Numbered from the stretch's first letter, positions 20,325 through 34,914 are shown. The stretch: DNA of 64,000 nt from Desulfomicrobium sp. (GCA_040768745.1 JAXGMI010000003.1:160001-224000); one strand, 5' to 3'. The notes: a model not told the origin generated them from the sequence alone. Translations and numbers: made by a program.

Positions 20325-21005
20325 CTATTTCGTCCACAGAACGTCGATGCGCTCCTTGAGCAGGGCGGCCCATTCGTTCATGGCCTCCTCGGTCTGGCCG
20401 GTCTTGGTGAACCCGGAGGAACTGTACTTCTTGCCGACCTTGGTGTCGGCGAAGAGAACCAGATTCTTGCCGGTCATGGCATCGACGAACTTGACCTCCA
20501 CGGCGCACTTGCCCACGCCCATGGCCTGACCCGTGGCCACCTGCTTGCCCGCGGACAGGAGGATGCCGACGGGAATGACGGAGGTCAGGGCGTTGGACAC
20601 GGGGCTGCTGGCCTCGACCTCGACCACCGCCGCCTGCACGGCGATGACGCCGGGGCCCGGCTGGGCGGCCAATTGCAGCTTCTGCCCGTCAGGCACGCGC
20701 GTCAGCACGTCATGGAAATACGTGGCCAGCAGATTCAGGTCGTCCATCTTCAGGCCCGAATCCTTGACCATGTTCTCGGCGTTCCACAGCTTCACCGGCT
20801 CGATGTACATGGCCGTGTAGTCCTTGGCTTTGAACTCGGGGCTCCACCAGCCGAGCCCGCCCTTCAGTTCCGGGACGGCCTGCAGCTTGGCGTAGTCGGC
20901 GCCGAGGAAGTGGTCGGCTGGGTTGAAATCCGTGGTGGACTGTTTCCCGCTCGTGGCGCAGGCGCACAGGGACAGCATGACGGCGAGGATGAGCATCTTC
21001 TTCAT
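20325..21005 (-). CDS. DUF3313-like lipoprotein
   Basis: AAGGAG RBS; MKKMLILAVMLSLCAC lipobox; FLGADY..L, PGPGV, EVKFVDA.TG pattern recalled for DUF3313. Confidence 0.75.
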   Translation of the reverse strand: MKKMLILAVMLSLCACATSGKQSTTDFNPADHFLGADYAKLQAVPELKGGLGWWSPEFKAKDYTAMYIEPVKLWNAENMVKDSGLKMDDLNLLATYFHDVLTRVPDGQKLQLAAQPGPGVIAVQAAVVEVEASSPVSNALTSVIPVGILLSAGKQVATGQAMGVGKCAVEVKFVDAMTGKNLVLFADTKVGKKYSSSGFTKTGQTEEAMNEWAALLKERIDVLWTK

Positions 21006-21057
21006 ATGGACTCCTTGTTGGGTTGAAATGAACATACGACGTGTTTCCTCCGCCGGA

Positions 21058-21396
21058 TCAAAGCCCGGCCATCGTCCCCGTCCGCGCCCGCTCGATGAAC
21101 TCCATCCCGCCGGCCTCGGTGACGGTGAAAAACTCGACGATTGGGCGCTTGCGCGAGAACTCCATGGCCTCCAGCATCCGCGAGAAAATGGCCGAACGCA
21201 GATGGTTCTCATGGGCCTCCTGCGACAACCATATCTCCGTATAGACAATGGCCCCGTCCTCCCCGGTCTCGAAGGCGACGGAGCAGTCCTTGCAGTCCGC
21301 GGCGGCCCCGAGAGCGGCTTTCATGGACTCGAGCACATCGATGATGGCCGGGGCATAACCGGCCGCTGGGTAGATCTTGATGACGGCGAGGTTCAT
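21058..21396 (-). CDS. ABM / putative quinol monooxygenase family protein
   Basis: 112 aa dimeric alpha-beta barrel pattern (YTEIWLSQEAHENHLRS). Confidence 0.75.
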   Translation of the reverse strand: MNLAVIKIYPAAGYAPAIIDVLESMKAALGAAADCKDCSVAFETGEDGAIVYTEIWLSQEAHENHLRSAIFSRMLEAMEFSRKRPIVEFFTVTEAGGMEFIERARTGTMAGL

Positions 21397-21544
21397 GTCA
21401 GCAATCCTTTCAAAATGTGCACCAAGAAAGACTATGGGGAAATTTCCAACTCCAGATCCAGGAACGAAAAACTATTCTGGACCTTAAGCTACCCTGGGAG
21501 ATCGCTCGCTTTGAGGCAAAAACTCCCAGATAGCCTGTGATGTC

Positions 21545-21560
21545 AGCAAAGAACGTGCAC
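21545..21560 (-). promoter_or_regulatory. Degenerate sigma54 -24/-12 element GTGCACG-TTCT-TTGCT
   Basis: Matches TGGCACG-N4-TTGCW except that the -24 GG is TG; about 115 bp downstream of the palindromic site at 21675. Confidence 0.4.
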
Positions 21561-21674
21561 AATGCGTCATCACGCGTATTCGACACGCAACAGGCTGAAT
21601 TCATGAAAACATGATGATGATTCGGAAGAGTCCTGACAGGAGCGGCGCAGAGAGCGAGACGATATGAAATACAG

Positions 21675-21692
21675 AGGACGAAATGCCGTCCT
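21675..21692. promoter_or_regulatory. Palindromic candidate activator site AGGACG-AAATGC-CGTCCT
   Basis: Perfect 6-bp arms; related copies at 24951 and 34897. Confidence 0.65.
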
Positions 21693-21697
21693 CCCGA

Positions 21698-23626
<1,929 letters not shown>

Positions 23627-24030
23627 GAATGATTACTGCGTTTGGTTATTCCATTTGCGCAGCCGAGGCTGCGGAGTGCGAGATCCATGCAGGGGGCTCG
23701 AAAAGAAGCCGGGCGCACCCGGTTCAACATCGTGAGAACACATTTCAATATGAGTTTTCAATGACATGAAATCGATTCACGAGCAAGGGACCGCAGGAGA
23801 AAACGGCTTGCGTCATACGCAGGGAGCGGTCGGCCGCAACGCGCCGTCGCTGGTAAGACAATTCGGCATACCTGTGCCTGCCTGCTGCATGGCGCAGACA
23901 AACCATCGGGACTCGAATACCTTCCCTCGCAGCCGCAACGCGAACAAGACGTCGACGCTGCCCGCACGCCCTGGGGAGTGCATGTGGGAGTGCATGGGCT
24001 GTCAAACACCGACACGTGTCGGAAGATCTC

Positions 24031-24306
24031 CTACTTGTTGGCCTTCTGGCCGGCGTTGTAGCCGCTCTGGTAAGAGGCTTCCTTGGACTTCTGGTTCTGG
24101 TCGTAGATGTAGCCGCCAGCGGCTCCTGCGGCCGCGCCGACCGCCGCGCCCATGACCGTGTGCCCGCTCACGGCGCCGATCAGGGCGCCTGCGCTGGCGC
24201 CGATGGCGCCGCCGGTGACGGTGCGCTGCTGGGTGTCCGACATCCCTGAGCAGCCGGACAGGCCGAGACCGATGGCCAGTATGAGGACAAGAATGATCCG
24301 TTTCAT
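24031..24306 (-). CDS. Glycine-zipper lipoprotein (OsmB/YMGG-like)
   Basis: AAGGAG RBS; GLSGC lipobox; GGAIGASAGALIG…GAAVGAAAGAAGG. Confidence 0.85.
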   Translation of the reverse strand: MKRIILVLILAIGLGLSGCSGMSDTQQRTVTGGAIGASAGALIGAVSGHTVMGAAVGAAAGAAGGYIYDQNQKSKEASYQSGYNAGQKANK

Positions 24307-24373
24307 GGTTATCTCCTTGGAGCTGTGCATGAAATCATGCCGTTTGTTCATGGGTTTCCCGTCTCGCACGCCG

Positions 24374-24754
24374 TCACTTGCAGGGCCAGGTCTCGATCAG
24401 GAACCGGAACTCAGTTTCCACGGGCTTCTCCCCCATGAACTGGGGATGCGCCTTGGCCCACTCGATGAACTTCCCGATGGCCTCGTTGCGGGTCGGGGGA
24501 GCCTCGGGGAAGCAGACGAGCTTGACCCCGTCGGGACCGGCCGCTGCGGCCACATAGTACTGATAGGCCCCGACCAGGAACCCGTGGCAGAAGTTCACCG
24601 CCTGGTTGTAGAGGGGGTCTTTGGGGGAAACGGTGCACAGATCGATCAGGTTCTGCGTCGTCTTGACCTCGAAATCCTTCTCCGTGACCGCCCCGGCCAG
24701 GGCCGGAAGCATCAGGAGCACCGCCAGGGCCACCATCATCGCCTTGCCTTTCAT
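24374..24754 (-). CDS. Rap1a/Tai4-like periplasmic protein
   Basis: Signal peptide; L.DLC…FCHGFLVG…VCFP…F.EW.KAHP…WPC Cys pattern recalled for the Rap1a family. Confidence 0.75.
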   Translation of the reverse strand: MKGKAMMVALAVLLMLPALAGAVTEKDFEVKTTQNLIDLCTVSPKDPLYNQAVNFCHGFLVGAYQYYVAAAAGPDGVKLVCFPEAPPTRNEAIGKFIEWAKAHPQFMGEKPVETEFRFLIETWPCK

Positions 24755-24841
24755 GATTGCCTCTCCTTGGTTGGATGTTCCGCAACTCGGGACCGAGAGC
24801 CGCGCCGCCGGTCGCCGCGGGCGTGGCTGTCTTCAGTCCAT

Positions 24842-24857
24842 ATCAAATTGCATACCA
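24842..24857 (-). promoter_or_regulatory. Sigma54-like promoter TGGTATG-CAAT-TTGAT
   Basis: GG-N10-GA spacing (GA in place of GC); 88 nt upstream of the Rap1a-like start and about 94 bp downstream of the palindrome. Confidence 0.55.
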
Positions 24858-24950
24858 CGTCGGTCGGAACGGTATCCGTCTCCGACATGGCCCGCAGCGC
24901 ACCATTTTTCGTCAGTGCGGGCCACAGGGCACCGGAACCCCTTCAACCCA

Positions 24951-24968
24951 GGGACGAAATAACGTCCC
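24951..24968. promoter_or_regulatory. Palindromic candidate activator site GGGACG-AAATAA-CGTCCC
   Basis: Perfect 6-bp arms; same motif as 21675 and 34897. Confidence 0.65.
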
Positions 24969-25253
24969 GCACGTTTGACGATCGAGAAGATGTGACGCGC
25001 CGACGGCCCGCGAGATGTGACTGGTGAAAAACGCTCGACTGTCGAATGGTCTTGTCCCTTGTCACTGAATTGGTGTATGAGGTGATAAAGTCGTTCACCT
25101 CCGCCCCCCTCCCGCACACGCCACACAAAATGCATGCTTTTTGCTACACCCTCGCAGAACGACAGGAGCACTTTCGTCGACCCGGCCCCGGACAATCCGC
25201 GGCAGCGGTCGCAACCCACCTGCAGGCAGGGCCTGCGGGAAGGAGTTTTTGTC

Positions 25254-27994
<2,741 letters not shown>

Positions 27995-27998
<4 letters not shown>

Positions 27999-29476
27999 AA
28001 CACTTGGAAAACAACCCTGTCATCTACGAGATCAACACCTGGGTCTGGTTGCGGGAGCTGGCGCAAAAACACCGGCAGCCGGTGGACCTCGGCACTATCC
28101 CCGCACGGGAGTGGGACGACATCGCGTCCCTGGGCTTCGACGCCGTCTGGCTCATGGGCGTCTGGGAGCGCAGCCCGGCGGGCATCGAGGTCTCCATGCG
28201 CAACGCCGGCCTGCTGGAGGACTTCCGCCGCGCCCTGCCCGGCTTCGACGCCGCCGACAACGTCGGCTCGCCCTACTGCATCCGCCGCTACGTCGCGGAC
28301 GCGCACCTCGGCGGCCCGCAAGGGCTGGCCGCGGCGCGCGCGGCCCTGGCCGAGCGGGGCATGGGCCTGATTCTCGACTTCGTGCCCAACCACGTGGCCC
28401 CGGACCACCCCTGGACGCGGGAGCACCCCGAGTACTTCATCCAGGGCAGCGCTAAAGATCTGGTCTGCGACCCGTCGTCCTTCATCGAGATCGGCGGGCG
28501 CGTCTTCGCCTGCGGCCGTGACCCCTACTTCCCGGCCTGGCCCGACGTGCTCCAATTGAACGCCTTCGACCCCGGCCTGCGCCGGGCCGCCATCGACACC
28601 CTGACGGACATCGCCGGGCAGTGCGACGGAGCGCGCTGCGACATGGCCATGCTCCTGCTGAACGACGTGTTCGAAAGGACCTGGAAAAAACGTGCCGGCG
28701 AACGGCCGGAGGCCGACTACTGGCGGGAGGTCGTCCCGGCCGTGCGACGGGCCGCACCAGGCTTCGTCTTCATGGCCGAAGCCTACTGGGACCTGGAGTG
28801 GGAGCTGCAGCAGCAGGGCTTCGACTTCTGCTACGACAAGCGTCTCTACGACCGGCTCGAACATGACGCCCCGGCAGCCATCCGCTCCCACCTCAAGGCC
28901 GGACTCGACTATCAGCAGCGCCTTGTCCGCTTCATCGAAAACCATGACGAGCCCCGAACCGCCTCGGTCTTCGGCCGGGGGGCGGACCGCGCCGCCGCGG
29001 TCGTCGCCCTGACCCTGCCCGGCGCGGCCCTGGTCCACGAGGGACAGCTCGACGGACGCCGCGTGCGCCTGCCCGTGTTCCTGGCCCGCCGCCCGGACGA
29101 GGAACCCGACGGGGAACTCTTCGCCTTCTATCGCGGCCTGCTCGCCCGCCTGCGCGAGAACGGCTGCAGACGCGGCCGGTGGCGTCTGCTGGAATGCCGC
29201 GGCTGGCCCGACAACATGACCTGCGAGAACCTGCTGGCCTGGATCTGGGAAACGGACGAGGCCCGTTGCCTGGTGGTCGTCAACTTCTCCCCGGCTCCGG
29301 CGCAGGCCCTGGTCGCTGGTTTCGGGAATGACGTCGCCGGCGCGGCATGGCGTCTGGTGGATCTGGACGGAAGCGCTTACGTCCGCGACGGCGGAGAGAT
29401 GAGCGACCGGGGCCTTTATGTCGATCTGCCCGGCTGGGGCTTTCACGTCATGGACTGGAGTCGGGAACACGCATGA
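27995..29476 (+). CDS. Alpha-amylase family (GH13) glycosyl hydrolase
   Basis: DFVPNH, GARCDMA, AEAYW, FIENHDE conserved regions; ATGA overlap with the GH63 gene. Confidence 0.9.
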
Positions 29477-29700
29477 CAAAGGCCCCGCTCTCTTGACCGT
29501 GAGGGAGGGAAAGGCCCAATTTCCCCATGTGGCGGACTGCCGCGTCAGAATTTGCAGGCGAGACCGGTGGGGTAGGTGCCGAACAGCGTGGCGACCATCA
29601 TGTCCAGCCTAGAGGAGGGGGACAGGGATGCGAACCAGCCGATGCCCTTAAAATCGGCGGAATCCAATAATCTGCGGCTCACCCGGTGGACGATCCGGTG

Positions 29701-29726
29701 TTCAGGGCTGGACCTTCTCCAGGGTG
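29701..29726. repeat. 26-bp perfect direct repeat, copy 1 (copy 2 at 30888-30913)
   Basis: TTCAGGGCTGGACCTTCTCCAGGGTG occurs twice; imperfect similarity extends to about 29743 and 30930. Confidence 0.9.
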
Positions 29727-29885
29727 GAGATGGAATACCCGCCCTGCGTTACAGCTCGCCGTCACGCCCGGAAAACACGGACCTGCGTGTAGGCCCTGCC
29801 GGAGGCGCCGCGGCGGGGAAAACCCAGACCGACCGTAAAGATCATCGCTTTGAATGGCCGGGACGCGTCCCGGCAGGGGGGCGCC

Positions 29886-30839
29886 ATGAAATTCTTCTCC
29901 AGGAACTCCACACGGACAGCCGATCCCGTCGTTGAGCGGCTCGTGCGGCGCATCGCCGAAGACAATGCCATCGACATCTCGGACACGAAATGTTCGGCCA
30001 TGCTCGCCGAGGCGGTGCAGGCGGCCTGCGCCTACACCAGGGGCATGATCGACGCCCTGGGCGAACCCTTTGTCCTGGACCGCAAGCGGGCCACGGGCAG
30101 CACCCTGGGCCCCATTATCTTCGACAACCGCAAGGACGCCCTGGACGCTCTGCGCAGTTCGTCCAAAATCAGGCAGGTCTTCACCGACCCCAAGGTGCGC
30201 GAATGCGTCTTTCTCCTGACCATGCACCGCAGGGAATACGTCATCTTCGGGACGGAAATCGAAGGGGAGATGGTCCGCAGGGATGTCATGCAGGACGCGG
30301 TGGAATTCCTGGACCACAACTTCTCGGCCGCAGCCCCGTCGCTGGCCGAACTGCGGGATATCTTGACGGAGAATGTGGTCCTCTTCCTGGCCGACCTGGC
30401 GCCAGAGCTTCTGCGCCGGGATGAAACGATGCGGGGCGAACTCCACCGCTCCGAGGAACTGCTCAAGGCCCAGATGCAAACCCTGGGCTATGCCCTGAGG
30501 GAGAGCGGACCCTTTGCCGCGCCGCCTTCGCTGCACTCCAAGATTTCCCAGGGCTCGCAGGAGATGCGGAGTCTGCTGGACAGGCTCTCGTCCCTATCGG
30601 CCAAATGGGATCCGGCGAAATGTCTCCAGGAGATCTGCGACATCCTCCTGGCGCCGCAGAACCATGTCCGGCTGGAGCTCGTGGAAATGCACGTCGGAGA
30701 TTTCGGCGTCAAATCCAAGGCCGGCAAGTTCATTCGCTTCCATGAGTGCGTACTCGGGGACAAAGAACGCCTGGCCGTCTTCATGGCCTCCATGGACCGC
30801 GACAACGCGCTCTATCTCTGGCCGGATCTGGAAGGCTGA
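29886..30839 (+). CDS. Hypothetical cytoplasmic protein with C-terminal coiled coil
   Basis: 317-aa ORF, AGGGGG RBS, coding-like codon bias; no family recognised. Confidence 0.75.
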   Translation: MKFFSRNSTRTADPVVERLVRRIAEDNAIDISDTKCSAMLAEAVQAACAYTRGMIDALGEPFVLDRKRATGSTLGPIIFDNRKDALDALRSSSKIRQVFTDPKVRECVFLLTMHRREYVIFGTEIEGEMVRRDVMQDAVEFLDHNFSAAAPSLAELRDILTENVVLFLADLAPELLRRDETMRGELHRSEELLKAQMQTLGYALRESGPFAAPPSLHSKISQGSQEMRSLLDRLSSLSAKWDPAKCLQEICDILLAPQNHVRLELVEMHVGDFGVKSKAGKFIRFHECVLGDKERLAVFMASMDRDNALYLWPDLEG

Positions 30840-30887
30840 CGGACGGGAAAATCCTGTCCCTTCTCCGGTCGACAATGGAATGCTGGT

Positions 30888-30913
30888 TTCAGGGCTGGAC
30901 CTTCTCCAGGGTG
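30888..30913. repeat. 26-bp perfect direct repeat, copy 2 (3' end of gene 30889-31317)
   Basis: Encodes TLEKVQP-stop on the minus strand. Confidence 0.9.
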
Positions 30914-31317
30914 AAGGTGAAACTCCCGCCGCAGGAGAGATAGCCGTTGGACCAGCGCCAGACGGACTTCCCAACTCCCGTGGTCTCGCTCTTGAACTCG
31001 ATGTCCACGGCTTCCGAGACGAACCCGCCGGTGGTCACGTACGAGCCGACCAGGTGCACGAACTGCGGCCGTTCGGGGTTGACGACGCCCCTGTACGGCC
31101 GTTTGACCGTGTTTTCCATGCCCACGACTTCTTCGCCCTTCTGGATGAAGGTCAGGGTGTATTCGCCAGGCTTGCCCTTGCCCAGGTCGTTCTTGCACTT
31201 GTTGGTCGATTCGGTGACCGTGCCGCGCCACTGCCCGGTGCAGTCCATGGCGTGGGACAGGACGGGGCTCAAGCACGCGACGCTCAGCAAGGCCACGAGA
31301 AAAATGAAACGTTTCAT
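30889..31317 (-). CDS. Hypothetical exported beta-rich protein
   Basis: GAGGA RBS; signal peptide MKRFIFLVALLSVACLSPVLSHA; three Cys in the mature part. Confidence 0.75.
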   Translation of the reverse strand: MKRFIFLVALLSVACLSPVLSHAMDCTGQWRGTVTESTNKCKNDLGKGKPGEYTLTFIQKGEEVVGMENTVKRPYRGVVNPERPQFVHLVGSYVTTGGFVSEAVDIEFKSETTGVGKSVWRWSNGYLSCGGSFTFTLEKVQP

Positions 31318-31402
31318 GATCGACGTCCTCTTGTTTGCTTTTTCGGGAGCCCCGCCTGCGCGGGGCGCTTTCCACCCGGCATTGAATTTTCGACCCCGGC
31401 CA

Positions 31403-32827
31403 TCACTGTCCGACAACCCCCGAAGTCGGCACGGAAAGGCGTCGCACGTGCACAAAGAAGGCGACGGTGCAGACGATCGTCACGGCGATGCCGATGATGG
31501 TCGCGACGTTGATCGAGAGGTTGAATCCGATGGGCGAGTTGGCGATGAAACTGACCACCACCGCAGTCATGAACACCGCCGGGACCGTGGCGATCCAGTG
31601 CGCTTTTCCGATCCTGGCCAGGTAGACGGCGGCGGTCCAGAGCACGACTGCGGCCAGGGTCTGGTTGGCCCAGCCGAAATAGCGCCAGATCAGCCCGAAA
31701 TCCGACAGCGAGATGAGAAAGCCGATGGCGAAAAGGGGCAAGGCGATGACAAGCCGCTTCCCCTGCTCCTTCTGGGAGAAATCGAGCATGTCGGCGACGA
31801 TGAGGCGGGCGCTGCGGAACGCCGTGTCCCCGGAAGTGATGGGCAGCACAACCACGCCGATGATGGCGAATATCCCGCCGACCTTGCCCAGCAGGCTGAT
31901 GGACACCTCGTTGACCACCAGACCGGGGCCGCCCTTGGCCAGAACGGCATTCAGCGCCTCGGGGGTGTGGAAGAAGGAGATGGCCAGGGTGGCCCAGATC
32001 AGCGCGATGACGCCCTCGGCGATCATGGAGCCGTAGAACACGCTGCGCCCGTATTTCTCGTTGGGCAGGCAGCGGGCCATCATCGGCGACTGGGTGGCGT
32101 GGAACCCGCTGACCGCGCCGCAGGCGATGGTGATGAACATCAGCGGCCACATGGGCAGGCCCTCGGGGTTGATGTTCTCGAAGGTCTTCTGGGGGAAGAA
32201 TTCGTAGCCCTTGATGATGAGCATGGTGATTGTCCCCAGGGCCATGAAGATGAGGACCGCTCCGAAAACCGGGTAGATGCGCCCGATGATCTTGTCGATG
32301 GGCAGGATCGTGGCCAGGAAATAGTAGGCGATGATGATGCCGATGAGCACGTTGCGGTCGATGCCGGTCAGGCTCTCCAGCAGTTCGGCGGGCCCGAGGA
32401 AGAATACCACCCCGACGAGGATCAGGAGGACGATGGAGAACACGCGCATGAGCTGCTTGAAGGCGTTGCCGAGGTTCTGGCCGACGATGTCCGGTACGCC
32501 GCGGCCCTCGAAGCGCACGGACAGCATGCCCGAAAAGTAGTCGTGCACCGCCCCGCCGAAGATGCAGCCGAAGACGATCCAGATCAGGGCCACGGGCCCG
32601 TAGAGGGCGCCGAGGATGGGACCGTAGATGGGCCCCAGGCCGGCGATGTTCAGAAGCTGGATGAGGAAGATCTTCCAGTTCGGCATGACCATGTAGTCCA
32701 CGCCGTCCGCCATGGTCACGGCCGGAGTCGGCCTGGACGGGTCGACGCCGAAGGCCCGGTCCACGATTGCGCCGTAGATGAAATAGCCGAGCAGCAAGAG
32801 CCCCACGCTGGAGAAAAAGAGTATCAT
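31403..32827 (-). CDS. cstA: Carbon starvation CstA family transporter
   Basis: IAGLGPIYGP, GAVHDY, TIACGAVSGFHATQSP, TSGDTAFRSAR, YFGWANQTLA. Confidence 0.92.
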   Translation of the reverse strand: MILFFSSVGLLLLGYFIYGAIVDRAFGVDPSRPTPAVTMADGVDYMVMPNWKIFLIQLLNIAGLGPIYGPILGALYGPVALIWIVFGCIFGGAVHDYFSGMLSVRFEGRGVPDIVGQNLGNAFKQLMRVFSIVLLILVGVVFFLGPAELLESLTGIDRNVLIGIIIAYYFLATILPIDKIIGRIYPVFGAVLIFMALGTITMLIIKGYEFFPQKTFENINPEGLPMWPLMFITIACGAVSGFHATQSPMMARCLPNEKYGRSVFYGSMIAEGVIALIWATLAISFFHTPEALNAVLAKGGPGLVVNEVSISLLGKVGGIFAIIGVVVLPITSGDTAFRSARLIVADMLDFSQKEQGKRLVIALPLFAIGFLISLSDFGLIWRYFGWANQTLAAVVLWTAAVYLARIGKAHWIATVPAVFMTAVVVSFIANSPIGFNLSINVATIIGIAVTIVCTVAFFVHVRRLSVPTSGVVGQ

Positions 32828-32949
32828 GGTGCCATCCTTCCTGATTTGATTGAAACGGAACCCGCCCGTTCAGCGGTGGTCGCCTCCCGCGCTTCGAAGC
32901 GGACAGCTACGGGTGCGACCGGTCTGCCCTATGCATCCCTGGACACCGC

Positions 32950-33822
32950 TCAATAGCCCGGCGGGGGACCGCTGATCATGTAGACGACGTTGCCGCCCTG
33001 ATACCCGCGGTTGTACCAGGTCGTCCCGCACTGGTAGTAGCTGACGCCGTTGACGATGACTTCGTTGCCGGCGCAGGGCAGGGCCGTGACATAGGTCACG
33101 TTGGTCACGTGCGTGACGTCCGGCTGCGACGCCGCCCCGGCGATGACCCCGACGGTCGCTCCGATGGCCGCGCCGACGACGAAGGCTCCGAGCTCGTCGT
33201 CATCGTCGTCCCAACCATCGTCATAATGATGGTGGTCCCAATCGTCCTCGGCGAAGTCCTGCCAATCCTCGCGGGAGTCGTCCATGTGCTCCTGCCAGTC
33301 TTCGCGGGCGTCGTCGCGGTTTTCCAGCCGCTGCTCCTGACCCTCGAGCCGGTCGTCGCGGGCCGCGTCGCGATTCTCGCCCCGCTGGGCCTGACGGTCC
33401 GTCGACGTCTCCTGGCGCTGGCCTTGCCGTTCCGAGGAGGCCTGCTGACGCGTCCCCTGCCGTTGGGTCGCGCCTTCCTGGCGAGTCGCCTGCCGCGTGG
33501 ACGGGCTGGCGGCCTGCTGCCGGGTACCGGACTGGGTCACGCGTTGCGCCGGGCCGGCCTGACGGGTTTCAGGCCGGGCCTGTCGCTGCACCGATCCGGA
33601 CTGCCGGGTCGACGGACGGGCGGCGCTTCTGGACCCGGAGGAAAATCCTCCTCCCCTGGCCGGGCTGGACCGCGTGAAATCGCTCCCGCCGCTGCGGCCT
33701 CCTCCGCTGCGTCCTCCGCCGCTTCGGGCTCCGCCCCGGGCTTCGACAAATCCCGTCATGGCCGTCGAAAGCAGAAACATGAGCGCCACGATGATGGCTG
33801 CCACTCGATTCAAGCCACTCAT
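32950..33822 (-). CDS. Secreted low-complexity protein (RGG, 11-mer R/Q repeats, acidic tract, Gly-zipper, small Cys-containing C-terminal domain)
   Basis: ATG 33822 overlaps the upstream stop; signal peptide ending VEA; repeats visible in translation. Confidence 0.8.
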   Translation of the reverse strand: MSGLNRVAAIIVALMFLLSTAMTGFVEARGGARSGGGRSGGGRSGGSDFTRSSPARGGGFSSGSRSAARPSTRQSGSVQRQARPETRQAGPAQRVTQSGTRQQAASPSTRQATRQEGATQRQGTRQQASSERQGQRQETSTDRQAQRGENRDAARDDRLEGQEQRLENRDDAREDWQEHMDDSREDWQDFAEDDWDHHHYDDGWDDDDDELGAFVVGAAIGATVGVIAGAASQPDVTHVTNVTYVTALPCAGNEVIVNGVSYYQCGTTWYNRGYQGGNVVYMISGPPPGY

Positions 33823-34649
33823 TGTGCACCCCCTTCCTGCATGGGGAGGGCCCCCTTCTTCCTGGCGGGAGCCAGAAGCGGGATCTTTTCGGCGCCCGCC
33901 GGAGGCGTGAAGGAAAAGCTCGCGTCCGTGACCGCGGGCGAAAGATCCCAATCGGACAGCTCGGCCCAGAACTGCGGCTGGCCCGGTTCCTTCTTGTAGG
34001 TGATGACGGCCCTGCGCGGCAGGGGCCGTTCGCCCTGGGCGACCCAGACCTGCAGATCGACATTTTCGGAACGGACCGCCAGATGATCCGTGGGAACGTC
34101 GAACAGGAAATTCTCCTCGACGAAACTGACCAAGGTGACCATCTTCTCCAGGCTGCCCCGGAAGCCGGTGTGGAACATCCTGGCCAGGGGCAAGGTCAGG
34201 CGAAGGTCCCGGACCATGTACACGAGCATCTCGTCGACGGTGGCATTCCTGTCCACCTGGGCAAAAACGTTGTCGTCGGCCTTGAAGGCGGTCAGCACCT
34301 TGCCGTCGAACAGGATCAGCCCCCGGTCGCCGTCGCTGCGTTCGGCCTCGACCCGCATGCGGTCGGGGCGCTGGAGCGTGACCCTGCGCTTCTCGCCGAA
34401 CTCGATCCGCTGGCCGTCGGCCTGGATCGCGTCGTACCCGCTGCGGATGGTCACGCTGAAGGCCTGTGCGCCGCCGATGAGTCCGGCCATGTCCAGCAGG
34501 CGCGCCCTGAATTCCTGGTTTTGCACCGCGACGCCCTGAGCCGTCGCGTTCTCGGCGGACCAGGCCGCAGGGGTGAAGAACGTCGTCAGCGCCGCCATCA
34601 ACGCAAGGCAAAATAAGAGAAAAATCCGCCATGCTCCGAAAATTTCCAT
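33819..34649 (-). CDS. DUF2092 family periplasmic protein
   Basis: GGAGGAG RBS; signal peptide; LQRPDRMR, FDGK..T, DHLA.R…D.Q.W…G..PLP, F.F.PP.GA.KI pattern. Confidence 0.82.
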   Translation of the reverse strand: MEIFGAWRIFLLFCLALMAALTTFFTPAAWSAENATAQGVAVQNQEFRARLLDMAGLIGGAQAFSVTIRSGYDAIQADGQRIEFGEKRRVTLQRPDRMRVEAERSDGDRGLILFDGKVLTAFKADDNVFAQVDRNATVDEMLVYMVRDLRLTLPLARMFHTGFRGSLEKMVTLVSFVEENFLFDVPTDHLAVRSENVDLQVWVAQGERPLPRRAVITYKKEPGQPQFWAELSDWDLSPAVTDASFSFTPPAGAEKIPLLAPARKKGALPMQEGGAQ

Positions 34650-34768
34650 GACTCCTCCTTCTTCCACATGAGCGCCCTTGGCCGAATCGTCCCTGCGCAA
34701 GGCGCCAAATACGACCAGCCGGAAAGCCTCCGTGCACGCATCGTGCGGGACAGGTTGACACGGTGCAG

Positions 34769-34784
34769 ATCAAGAAACGCACCA
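34769..34784 (-). promoter_or_regulatory. Sigma54-like promoter TGGTGCG-TTTC-TTGAT
   Basis: GG-N10-GA, the same variant as 24842; about 113 bp downstream of the palindrome. Confidence 0.55.
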
Positions 34785-34896
34785 ACCCGTCTCGCAGCGA
34801 CAGAAACACGTATCAGCAAGAATTGAATGATGATTTCTGGACCAGCCCAACAGCAGGCAAGCTGGCAGGTTGCAGAGGAGACGAAATAGGAATTGC

Positions 34897-34914
34897 GGGA
34901 CGGCATTTCGCCCT
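34897..34914. promoter_or_regulatory. Palindromic candidate activator site GGGACG-GCATTT-CGCCCT
   Basis: Reverse complement AGGGCG-AAATGC-CGTCCC matches the 21675 site at 16/18 positions. Confidence 0.6.

Noticed and set aside
23975..23998. Tandem GGGAGTGCATG duplication and short ORFs in 23745-24015
   Set aside because: Only two copies, no spacer structure, no convincing RBS or family signal.
29478..29545. Possible c-di-GMP-I riboswitch (GGCGGACTGCCG-like end)
   Set aside because: The GGCAAA/GAAA/ACGCAAAG core is absent; more likely a plain hairpin.
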